From NCBI GenBank assembly GCA_965206775.1, contig CBDBKU010000002.1:2115705-2179704 (forward strand): 64,000 bases of DNA. The letters run 5' to 3'. Below the pieces are notes generated by a model. The model worked only from the letters and a program-made list of their open reading frames with translations. It searched no databases and was not told where the DNA came from. Numbering within the stretch: position 1 is the stretch's first letter; every line of letters starts with the position of its first letter. Of the stretch, positions 44,269-52,966 are shown one piece after another. Source of the stretch: Bryobacterales bacterium (GTDB taxonomy: Bacteria; Acidobacteriota; Terriglobia; Bryobacterales; UBA6623). A program made the position numbers and the translations under genes.

Positions 44269-47091
44269 CTAGTTCCGTGATTCCCAAGGTTCGAGAATGC
44301 GAATCCGGCGGCTCGCTGGGTCCGTGAACCAGATCGCACCAAAGCTGTCCATCGCGACCCCGGAAACCGAAAGCTCGGCCCCCGCTGCAGGCTTTCCATC
44401 GCCGGAGAACCCTCCTGCTCCTGTTCCCGCGAGCAGTGAAGTCTCGCCTTCCGGCCCGATCGCCAGGATCCGGTGCCCCGCCCCGACGAGCAAATTGCCA
44501 GCTCCGTCAAACGCAAGGGCTTCGGGGCGGTCGACCGTCAGAATCGTCTCGACCCCTCCGGCTGTGGAGTCGACCCGCACCACTCGATTGTTCCAACGCT
44601 CGGCCACGTAGACGTTACCCTCGCCGTCCACCGCAACCTCAGTTGGACCATGAAGGTGGGGCGCGGACATGGTGCCATCATTCCCCGAAGTGCCCCCATT
44701 CGCTGTTCCCCCAACCGTCTCGATGACACCCGTCAAGCTGTCGATCCGCCGGACCCGATGATTCCGATGATCAGCGACGAACACATGCCCGGCTGAGTCC
44801 ACGGTTACGTCTTCCGGCCAGGAGAGCTGAGCCTCCGACGCCGCTCCGCCGTCTCCCGAGAAGCCTTCCTCGCCCGTTCCTGCCAAGGTATCGATCACTC
44901 CCGTTACAGCGTCGATCTTTCGAAGTCGATGGTGCACGGTGTCTGCGACGTACACATTTCCCGCCATGTCCACGGCGATCCCCTGGAGATAGCCGAATGT
45001 CGCATCGGATGCCGCTCCGCCGTCCCCTGAATCCCCGAATGATCCCGTGCCGGCCAGCTTCACAATCGTTCCTGAGGAATCGAGTTTCCAGACGCGTCTC
45101 GAATCCACGAAGAAAACGTTCCGAGAGCTATCCAGGGCAAGCGAGGCGGGTGCTTCCAATCTCGCCTGGCCGGCATCGCCGCCCTCCCAGCCCGAGGTTG
45201 GCGACCCGGAGCCGGCAATCGAGGAGATCGTTCCAGTGGCGCTGTCGACTCGACGCACCCTGTGGTTCCAGGTGTCGGCGACGTACACGTTGCCCGATCC
45301 GTCCACCGCGATCCCTTGGGGACCCGCAAGCTTGGCCGCAGTCGCCGTCTCGCCATCGCCGGAGTAGCCCCCTTCGCCGGTACCCGCCAGCGTCTCGATC
45401 GCCATCGTCACGGCATGGATCTTCCGTATCCGTTGATTCGAGGAATCGGCCATGTAGACGTTTCCCGCTGCATCCACGGCGACCCCTGTGGGAACGTTGA
45501 GCTGTGCCTCGGAGGCGGCTTCCCCGTCACCGGAGTATCCCGGATCATCGCCGCCGGCCAGTGTCTCGATCACCCTCGTCGCCGCATCGACCCGCCGCAG
45601 CCGGTGGTTCCAAGTGTCAGCCACGTAAAGGTTGCCGGACAGGTTCACGGCCAATCCGAAAGGGCTTTTCAACATAGCCTCGGTTGCCAAGCCACCGTCG
45701 CCGGAATACCCCCTATGCCCTGTCCCCGCGACGGTTTCAATGGTCCCGGTGACGGTGTCGATGCGACGCACCCGGGAAGTTCCTGCCTCGGCCAGATACA
45801 CCGCTCCTGCATTGTCCGTAGCAACTCCCTGAGGACTGGCAAGCGGGGCGGCGGCCGCAGGGCCGCCATCGGAGGAAAACCCAAGTTCCCCGTTGCCCGC
45901 CACCGTCTCGATGGTTCGAGCTTCCGCATCGACCCGCCGCACCCGATGGTTTCCGGAGTCGGTCACAAACAGATTTCCCTCGCTGTCGAGCGCCAACCCG
46001 TAGGGACGAGTCAGCCGGGCGGAGACGGCGGGCCCGCCGTCCCCGCTGAAACCCCAATCCCCGGTGCCGGCCAGCGTGGATATGATGCCCGACGGGTTGA
46101 CCATTCGGATTCGGTGATGCCGGGTGTCTGCCACGTATACATTCCCGGCATTGTCGGCAACCACAGAACTCGGACCGAAGAGGATGGATCCCGTGGCCGC
46201 GATCCCGTCCTCAACGCTGGTCTGGCCTGCGACCGAGCGTATTGCGTACCGAGCCAGCCTCCAATCCTCGTCAGCCAGCTCGAGGACGTGCGTTTGTCCG
46301 TCTCTGGTTACCTCGGATCCGTTCTCGGCGCGTTCCCCGTCAAGCATCCAAGGGCCGCTGCCGTCACGCGACAGCAGGATCTCCCCTCCACTTGAAAGCT
46401 CGACGGCCTGCGTGGTCAGGTCGTTATCCGCCAGCCGCACGAAGGCATTGGACGGTTCGCTTGCAGTGGCACCGGTCGGGAGCGCTCCGAAACCCAGAAT
46501 GAGTTGCTCGCTATCGTCGTCGGCCGAGTCGTCCGAAGCGACGACATTGAACGTCACCGAGCTCTCCCCGCTGGCGAACCGGACCTTGAGAGGCACGCCT
46601 GAATAGTCTTCGAACGACGCACCGCCCTCGGGAATCAAGGTCAACGGGATCGCGAGGTCCCCTTGCGCAGCCGCGCTTAGAGTCACTGTCACCGACGCCG
46701 CGCTGCCTCCTTCCGCCGCGGTGTAGGTCTCGGTCCCGAAGGAGAGCGTGACGGGCGGGCCTTCGACGGCCCTGTTCCGGAAGTTCGAAATGGTTTCCCG
46801 TGTCAGGTTGAGCGTTCGGACCGCGTCCGACGGCCCGTCCAACTCCGTCGAGTCACCACGGCCTGGAACGCCCATCGGGTCACCGCTGTATGTCTGCAGT
46901 GGACTCGCGAATCGGAGTAGCTTGCCGCAATCGAATCCCGCATCAAGGCATTGGTCCTCGTATGCCATGACAGTTCGCCAGCGAGCGGACACCGGCGCTC
47001 CTCTCTCGAACGCCCGCTGGTTGACATAGCCGTAACCGTAAGGAAACGCGGCGGACCCGCAGCCTGCCGTTTTCGCAATATGAATGGACAA
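44269..47091 (-). CDS. Reprolysin-like tail plus Calx-beta plus multi-NHL repeat protein, probably 5' truncated
   Basis: YGYGYVNQ..RTVMAY (Met-turn, no HExxH present); Calx-beta (YTAAEG..DY..DDSADDDSE); about 10 NHL units. Confidence 0.8.
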   Translation of the reverse strand: MSIHIAKTAGCGSAAFPYGYGYVNQRAFERGAPVSARWRTVMAYEDQCLDAGFDCGKLLRFASPLQTYSGDPMGVPGRGDSTELDGPSDAVRTLNLTRETISNFRNRAVEGPPVTLSFGTETYTAAEGGSAASVTVTLSAAAQGDLAIPLTLIPEGGASFEDYSGVPLKVRFASGESSVTFNVVASDDSADDDSEQLILGFGALPTGATASEPSNAFVRLADNDLTTQAVELSSGGEILLSRDGSGPWMLDGERAENGSEVTRDGQTHVLELADEDWRLARYAIRSVAGQTSVEDGIAATGSILFGPSSVVADNAGNVYVADTRHHRIRMVNPSGIISTLAGTGDWGFSGDGGPAVSARLTRPYGLALDSEGNLFVTDSGNHRVRRVDAEARTIETVAGNGELGFSSDGGPAAAAPLASPQGVATDNAGAVYLAEAGTSRVRRIDTVTGTIETVAGTGHRGYSGDGGLATEAMLKSPFGLAVNLSGNLYVADTWNHRLRRVDAATRVIETLAGGDDPGYSGDGEAASEAQLNVPTGVAVDAAGNVYMADSSNQRIRKIHAVTMAIETLAGTGEGGYSGDGETATAAKLAGPQGIAVDGSGNVYVADTWNHRVRRVDSATGTISSIAGSGSPTSGWEGGDAGQARLEAPASLALDSSRNVFFVDSRRVWKLDSSGTIVKLAGTGSFGDSGDGGAASDATFGYLQGIAVDMAGNVYVADTVHHRLRKIDAVTGVIDTLAGTGEEGFSGDGGAASEAQLSWPEDVTVDSAGHVFVADHRNHRVRRIDSLTGVIETVGGTANGGTSGNDGTMSAPHLHGPTEVAVDGEGNVYVAERWNNRVVRVDSTAGGVETILTVDRPEALAFDGAGNLLVGAGHRILAIGPEGETSLLAGTGAGGFSGDGKPAAGAELSVSGVAMDSFGAIWFTDPASRRIRILEPWESRN

Positions 47092-47144
47092 CGGTTGAAT
47101 ACCGCGACGCTGACGGCAACCCTACATTACCCAAAAAACTAATC

Positions 47145-47966
47145 TTGGGCACCTATCTCCGTCGGTACGAAGAAGTGCCTGAGGGAACGGAACTCAATGT
47201 TCTGGTACTAGCTGGATACAAGCCGAAGGCACTAATGCTCGCCGAGAGGAAAATATATGAGATTCACCGTCTATCAGTGCATGGATGGCGACGGCGGGGG
47301 CAAATTTCCGTAGAGGTGGAAGGCTGGCGAGATCACGAAGCCGATTGGTTCAAGGCAATGCGGAGTGTCCGGCTCGAGATTTCGGACCCCGCCCTGCCTG
47401 GCTCGCACAGCGAAAAGGCGCATTACTTTGTCTCGGAGTCGGCCTTTAAACGGAAAATCGTGGAGTCGGTTGATGAGCGCGGCAGCACCACCTCAATCCA
47501 ATTGCGCGAAGGAACGCTGGACATTACCGAGACATGGCGATCAGCTTGGCAAAGACAGGCAGCAGAGGTACTGAGCATGGGGCTCAAGTATCTTCTCCTT
47601 CCCCTGCTGACGGCACTGATAGCGGGCCTTGGTGTGTGGTGGATAGACCGACTACCGAAGACTAGCAGTCACGATTCAGCGATTCCGGAAAGCTCGGCAG
47701 AGAATCGAGTGTATGGAAGCATCGATGACTCTGTAAGCGAACCATCGGACAGGTCGACCAGCTACCCGGCTACGGAGACGCTGCCAGAGCTAACGGGAAT
47801 CGATGGACGAGACTCGACCAACACCACGCCGAAAGGTAGTTTCAGCACAGAAGGAGCCACAGGAGATGGCAAGGAAGAAAGAACTCAGGAGTCAGGGACA
47901 AACCCTGCGAACCCTGAGTTGGAAGGGCATCCGCCGGAGATTCCTAGCTCCACAGCGGGCAAGTAG
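47145..47966 (+). CDS. Hypothetical protein with one TM and a low-complexity tail
   Basis: 273-aa ORF, lower GC, TM LLLPLLTALIAGLGVWW. Confidence 0.55.
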   Translation: MGTYLRRYEEVPEGTELNVLVLAGYKPKALMLAERKIYEIHRLSVHGWRRRGQISVEVEGWRDHEADWFKAMRSVRLEISDPALPGSHSEKAHYFVSESAFKRKIVESVDERGSTTSIQLREGTLDITETWRSAWQRQAAEVLSMGLKYLLLPLLTALIAGLGVWWIDRLPKTSSHDSAIPESSAENRVYGSIDDSVSEPSDRSTSYPATETLPELTGIDGRDSTNTTPKGSFSTEGATGDGKEERTQESGTNPANPELEGHPPEIPSSTAGK

Positions 47967-48063
47967 CAGAAGACCTCTTGGAAGTTGGATTCATTGACCG
48001 ACTTCGACGACGATATGCTAGGCACTCGGGCATCCTGCGATTCGTCGACTCCTCATCTTCAAG

Positions 48064-48090
48064 CGCCGTTCAAAGGTCGCTTGAACGGCG
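48064..48090. terminator. Hairpin, possible terminator
   Basis: CGCCGTTCAA-7 nt-TTGAACGGCG about 100 bp downstream of 47145..47966; no U-tract. Confidence 0.3.
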
Positions 48091-48279
48091 TCTAATGTGC
48101 CACTCGACACGCCATACGCGGCTGTAATCCGTGTCGCTAGTTTTCGCGCCCTACAACCATGATCGGATTGCCGCGCCGGGACCGGCGCCCTGCCAGGGCT
48201 ACCCGCTGACCGGCCAGCGGATGGAACTGGTTGTGAACCGTGACCTCGTTACCCCCAATGTGGGGTTTGTGTGGCTGTC

Positions 48280-48605
48280 TTCCCCTGGATCCGCCTCCCC
48301 TCCCTAGCGTCCCATCTGCTCGCCTGCCTCCAGCGCCAGCTCCCCCTGGACTGGCACCAGCGCTACCGCATCCGCCCCGTCCTGCTGGAGACCTTCTGCG
48401 AGACCTCGCGCTTCCTCGGCACCTGCTACCGCGCCGCCAACTGGATCCATCTCGGCCAGACCCAGGGCCGGGGGAAACTCGACACTCGCCACGACTGCGC
48501 CCAGCCCGTCAAGAACGTCTTCGTCAAACCCCTCTGCCCCGACTGGAAAGACATCCTCAATCGCTAGCCCCACAGCCACCGATCACGGCCCGGTCGAACG
48601 CTTAC
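48280..48605 (+). mobile_element. DUF4338-domain (IS-associated) C-terminal remnant
   Basis: PWIRLPSLASHLL..DWHQRYRIRPVLLETF..GTCYRAANWIHLGQTQGRGK. Confidence 0.75.
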
Positions 48606-48607
48606 AG

Positions 48608-48841
48608 ATGATGGGCCTGTCAGCGCTGGTTCCTCGGCGGTTTTCCGTGACCTGCTACGACAGGCGGTTAACCTTGAACATGCCCAAAAAAGTCGACAAC
48701 GATCTTCCCATTGGAGTCGCGACGTTCACACGCTCCGGCCAGGAGCTTGCCTGGATTGCCGACGGCAAGCCTGTCGACGGGTTCTGGGAGTATGTGCGGA
48801 ACCAGTGGAAGGAGTACTTGCCGCATCTGGCTTCGAGGTAA
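48608..48841 (+). pseudogene. C-terminal fragment of a DUF2806-like protein
   Basis: IGVATFTRSGQELAWIADGKPVDGFWEYVRNQW. Confidence 0.45.
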
Positions 48842-49103
48842 TTCGACTTCGAATGCTGCGCGGCGTCCTTCGCCTGCTACGGTTAGGTTGACGCTCGCCG
48901 GGAGCGGAGGCTGCCTGCCCAAATCTCGGCACTCCCTGCCCAGTCGCGCTTTCCTGACGTTGGAGCCCGCCGGGAGCTTCGGGGCTCACGCTGAATCGAT
49001 CTCGGCACATGCCGACGCACGCCGTAGGTCATGCTGATCGATTGGGATTCGTGTATCATCGTCCGCCGTTCCTGTGAGTACACTGGAAACAGGAGAGTGA
49101 GAC

Positions 49104-49634
49104 ATGCCTGAAGCTTGGTTCGGGACGCCCTTGATCGTCACTGTTGGTATAGCAACAGTGGGCACCCTTATCGGAATCGGGATCTGGGTAGGAAAACTCA
49201 ACGCGGATCAGGCGCACCTGAAGAGTGACGCTACAGCGGATCGCTCCACGTTAAAGGATTTCATGAATGAGATCCGGGGGGATATCAAGAAGATCCTCCG
49301 GTCGCTCCCTCCGCAAACCGCTACGGGTGCGAGTCCCTCTCAGTTAACCGAGTTCGGGGAAAGGGTCGCGAAGGGCATAGATGCCATTGGCTGGGCCACC
49401 CACGAGGCTGGATCGGTCCTTGAGGATGAAGAACTGGTCGACCTTGAGCCCTTTGAGATCGAGGCATTCTGCGAAGGCTACGTGCAAGAGGAATCACGCA
49501 AGGAAGGGACTATCCGGGATAAGGTGCGGAGAGCCATCTACGACTTCGGAATTGACAGGGATCGGGCCCTTCCGGTCCTGCGCATTCCCCTTCGGGAAGC
49601 ACTTCTAAAAAGACAGGCGGCGCTTCAACGATAG
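49104..49634 (+). CDS. Hypothetical protein with N-terminal TM and coil
   Basis: AGGAG RBS; IGIGIWVGK..FMNEIRGDIKKIL..SPSQLTEFGE. Confidence 0.7.
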   Translation: MPEAWFGTPLIVTVGIATVGTLIGIGIWVGKLNADQAHLKSDATADRSTLKDFMNEIRGDIKKILRSLPPQTATGASPSQLTEFGERVAKGIDAIGWATHEAGSVLEDEELVDLEPFEIEAFCEGYVQEESRKEGTIRDKVRRAIYDFGIDRDRALPVLRIPLREALLKRQAALQR

Positions 49635-50067
49635 GCTTTCCGGTGCCAGTACCGGAGGTCGCCGACGGGAACCGCTGCGAGTGGGCGACAACCGGGATCT
49701 ATACGGAATTACCGGATTACTGAAATCCCGGCACTCCCATCCGCCCGCTAAGCTCTAACTGGAGCCCGCCGGGAGCAGAGGCTGCCTGCCCAAAACCCGG
49801 CACCTCTGAAGCGTCACTGAAAGGCCGTTCTAACGCGCTTTACATTTCGCGTAGATCCACGCTCAACCTCCCCATTTCCGCGTCGCTAGTTTTTGCGCCT
49901 TACACCTTCGCGAGTAAGACGACCGACCTGGAGTACCCCCAACCCCGAGCTGGTATCGCATAAATATGCATGCCTGCGCCCTGCACGTGCGCCGATCCGG
50001 GCCAGGTCGAGCGCGGCCGGAATTTCATGCATTGACGCGCATGGTCCCGCCCGGTAGGATCGGCCCC

Positions 50068-50928
50068 ATGTCGAGCTCCGCGATCGAGTGGACCCAGTGC
50101 ACCTGGAACCCGGTCACCGGCTGCGCGAAGATCAGCCCGGGCTGAAAGCACTGCTACGCCGAACGGCAGGCGCGCAGGCTGCGCGCCATGGGACTGGCGA
50201 AGTACTCGAGGGGCTTCGAGGTGGTGCTCCATCCGGACGCGCTCCGCCAGCCCCTCCTCTGGAAGCGCCCCCGCCTCGTCTTCGTCAACTCCATGTCCGA
50301 CCTGTTCCACGAGACCGTTCCGTTCTCGTTCGTCGACCGGGTGTGGGCGGTCATGGCCCTGTGCCCCCGGCACAGGTTCCAGCTGCTGACCAAGCGCCCG
50401 GCCCGGGCCCGGGAGTACCTGGACCGGTTCTTCGGGCATTGTTGCGACGAGGCGATCGAGGCTGTGTGCGACGCGGCGGTCGCCATCACGGGCGATCGCG
50501 CCGCGGAGGAGACCGTCTCCGGGATGAACACGCCCCTGGAAAACGTCTGGCTCGGAACGAGCATCGAGTCGTCGAGCTACCTGGGCCGCGCCGACGTCCT
50601 CCGGGACACCCCGGCAAAGATTCGGTTCCTCTCCCTGGACCCACTGCTCGGACCCCTCCCCGGCCTGGTTCTTTCGGGGATCGACTGGGTCATCGCCGGA
50701 GGCGAGTCCGGTCCTTCCGCCCGGCCGATGGATCCAGCGTGGGCGAGGGGCCTCCGGGACAGCTGCGTTGCAGGAGGAGTGCCGTTCTTCTTCAAGCAGT
50801 GGGGCGGCACGAACAAGAAGCGCGCCGGCCGAGTGCTCGACGGCCGGACCTGGGCCGAGATGCCCTCTCGCGTGACGCCGCCGCTGTGCCGCACGCCCCT
50901 ACTGGACAGACGCGCCCGGATCGCCTAG
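50068..50928 (+). CDS. DUF5131 (phage Gp37/Gp68, radical-SAM-like) protein with in-frame TGA at 50143-50145
   Basis: [69 protein letters not shown]. Confidence 0.85.
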
Positions 50929-50937
50929 AACCGAGGC

Positions 50938-51234
50938 ATGGCAGACCAGCCCACAGTCCTTCCCGACGGCGCCAGGCAATGGAGGCGGAACGGCGTCCTG
51001 CACCGCGACGGGGACCTGCCTGCGACCATCAACCGGCACGAGGACCGGGAGTGGTGGCAGAACGGCCGGCTCCACCGCGCCGGCGACCGCCCCGCCGTCG
51101 TTCTGAGCTATGGCCGCAGGGAATGGTGCCGCCATGGGCGACCTCATCCGCCCCCCAGGATTGCCTCCCAGGCCCGGGACGGCGTTGGCGCCAGCATCGA
51201 CGGCCGACTCCCGCAGGCTGCCGTTTACCCATAA
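50938..51234 (+). CDS. HRxxDxPA-repeat (MORN-variant-like) protein, truncated by IS4
   Basis: Repeats W..NG.LHRDGDLPA and W..NG.LHRAGDRPA. Confidence 0.6.
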   Translation: MADQPTVLPDGARQWRRNGVLHRDGDLPATINRHEDREWWQNGRLHRAGDRPAVVLSYGRREWCRHGRPHPPPRIASQARDGVGASIDGRLPQAAVYP

Positions 51235-51827
51235 GTCTTGTCAGGACGCATCCGCTGGTACAGCTTGCCCGCCTTGTCCAGACGCAGCGCTCGTTCGTAG
51301 GTTTGCGCAGTGGTGGTCAGCCGCGTGCAGCCCTCCCAGATGATCTTGTGGCCCGGCGCGGAGTACGTCTTGCGCTTGAAATTCAGATAGCCCCCCAGGA
51401 TCGCCATCGTCAGCACCGCCCGCCCGAGATTGTCGGGCGGCACCAGCTTGCGATCCTGCGCGAAATCCTCCAAGGCGTTGATCTCGATGTCCGTAAACAG
51501 CGTCTCCGGCGGCAGTTCCGGCGTGTCCCGCCCCAGCAGCGTCATCGCCGTCAGCCGCCAGGCGATCACCGCCTTGATCGTCCTCTCCGGCTTTTCGGCC
51601 TCCTGGTCGAACTGCGCCTGGCGCTTCGCGGCCTCCCCGTCGATCCGCCAGCTGAATGCCTTGTTTGCCTGGTCCCGCTTCTCTGCCTCCTTGTCGCTCC
51701 GGGACAGCAGGATTTCAAATCTCCGCCTGTCAGCGGCGCTCCACATGTACAGGATCGTTGCGAGCAGCGCCACGAGAGCGACCAGCACGACGGCGTCCGG
51801 AATCTCAAAATTCAACCAGCCGCCCAT
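51225..51827 (-). CDS. In-frame chimera of a TM/coiled-coil protein and an IS4 transposase C-terminus
   Basis: N-terminus paralogous to 2852..3139; C-terminus IKAVIAWRLTAMTLLGRDTPELP..LGGYL..PGHKIIWEG. Confidence 0.7.
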   Translation of the reverse strand: MGGWLNFEIPDAVVLVALVALLATILYMWSAADRRRFEILLSRSDKEAEKRDQANKAFSWRIDGEAAKRQAQFDQEAEKPERTIKAVIAWRLTAMTLLGRDTPELPPETLFTDIEINALEDFAQDRKLVPPDNLGRAVLTMAILGGYLNFKRKTYSAPGHKIIWEGCTRLTTTAQTYERALRLDKAGKLYQRMRPDKTYG

Positions 51828-51879
51828 GCCGTCTACACAAACTCACCAACGAATCCACTGAATGACCTGCCGCCCCGTG

Positions 51880-52392
51880 CCAGGATGGTTCCTGCTGGCG
51901 ACGCTGGAGTTGAAGGCGCGGCAGGACGCGGAGGGGGTGCTGGACCGGTACCGGTTGAGGTGGCGCATCGAGGACTGCCACCGGGTGGTGAAGTCGGGCT
52001 GCAACGTGGAATACCCTGGGGCATCGCACGGGGAATCGGATCGAGTGTGCGGTGACGATCACTGCGGTCATCGCCCGGCGGCTCACGGTGATGATGCTGA
52101 TGGGCCGGGACACGCCGGAACTGCCAGCCGAGATCCAGTACTCCGACATCGAGATCACGGAGCCGAGAGATTTCGCCAAGGGCAGGAAGCTGCGCGAACC
52201 CGAAAATCTCGGGTGCAAGGTGCTGACGATAGCGATCCTGTGCAGCTGCCTGAACCGCAAGAACGATGTGCAACCGGGCCATCAGAAGATAGGGAAGTCT
52301 ACACGCGCCGGGCCGTCTCGGCGCAGACCTACGAGCGACTCATGCGTCTGCAGCGGACCAGTGACCTGTATCGGCGATTGAGGTCCAAATGA
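51880..52392 (+). mobile_element. IS4-family transposase C-terminal remnant, frameshifted
   Basis: WFLLATL..YRLRWRIEDCHRVVKSGCNVE; AVIARRLTVMMLMGRDTPELP. Confidence 0.8.
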
Positions 52393-52966
52393 TTTGCAGG
52401 CAAGAGGCAGGGCGCGGGAGCCAGGGCCAAAACGGCCCGGCGACGCCCATCTGGAACCTCACGTCCGGCCTCGCTTGCGGCAGATTCCCGGCGTTGGGAG
52501 CACTCTTCCTGTTCAGGTGTACGATGTAGCGCACCCGACAGATGCCTCTGCAGGGGAACACAAGGGTGCGATTGATCTCGGTGCATAGAGCCATCGCCCT
52601 GGACGCACTTGCATGGTGCTTGTCGGGCCTGCATGCTCAGCCGGTCCTTCTTCGGCTCGATGAACCGGAACCAGACCAACTGGCAAAGGATAGTGAGCCG
52701 ATCGAGGCAAGCCCTGCATCCATGCTGCCGGAAGGGATCAGCGCTAAATTCGAAGCCAAGACACTCGCCGACACGAATTCGTTCCGGGGCCATGCCGTGG
52801 CTGCATCTGAACTCGTCATTGCGTTCGTGCTCGCCGATTCGCTGCTTGACGAAGACAGGGGGCGTGTCGAATCGGAACGCATGGCCGTACGCCAGGGGCT
52901 GGGGTCGCAAGGGTTCCTAGCGCTCGCGGTTGCAGATGGAGGCTGCTGAGGAAAGAAGAGGGACGG

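Noticed and set aside
48271-48567. DUF4338 as evidence of a Druantia defence system
   Set aside because: Only a C-terminal fragment followed by an IS-like end; no other Druantia genes are present.
40818-49840. attC-like motifs (GTCTAAC ~40821, GTTAGGT ~48882, TCTAAC ~49754)
   Set aside because: No paired R''/R' boxes with the expected internal symmetry, and no IntI-type integrase in the window.
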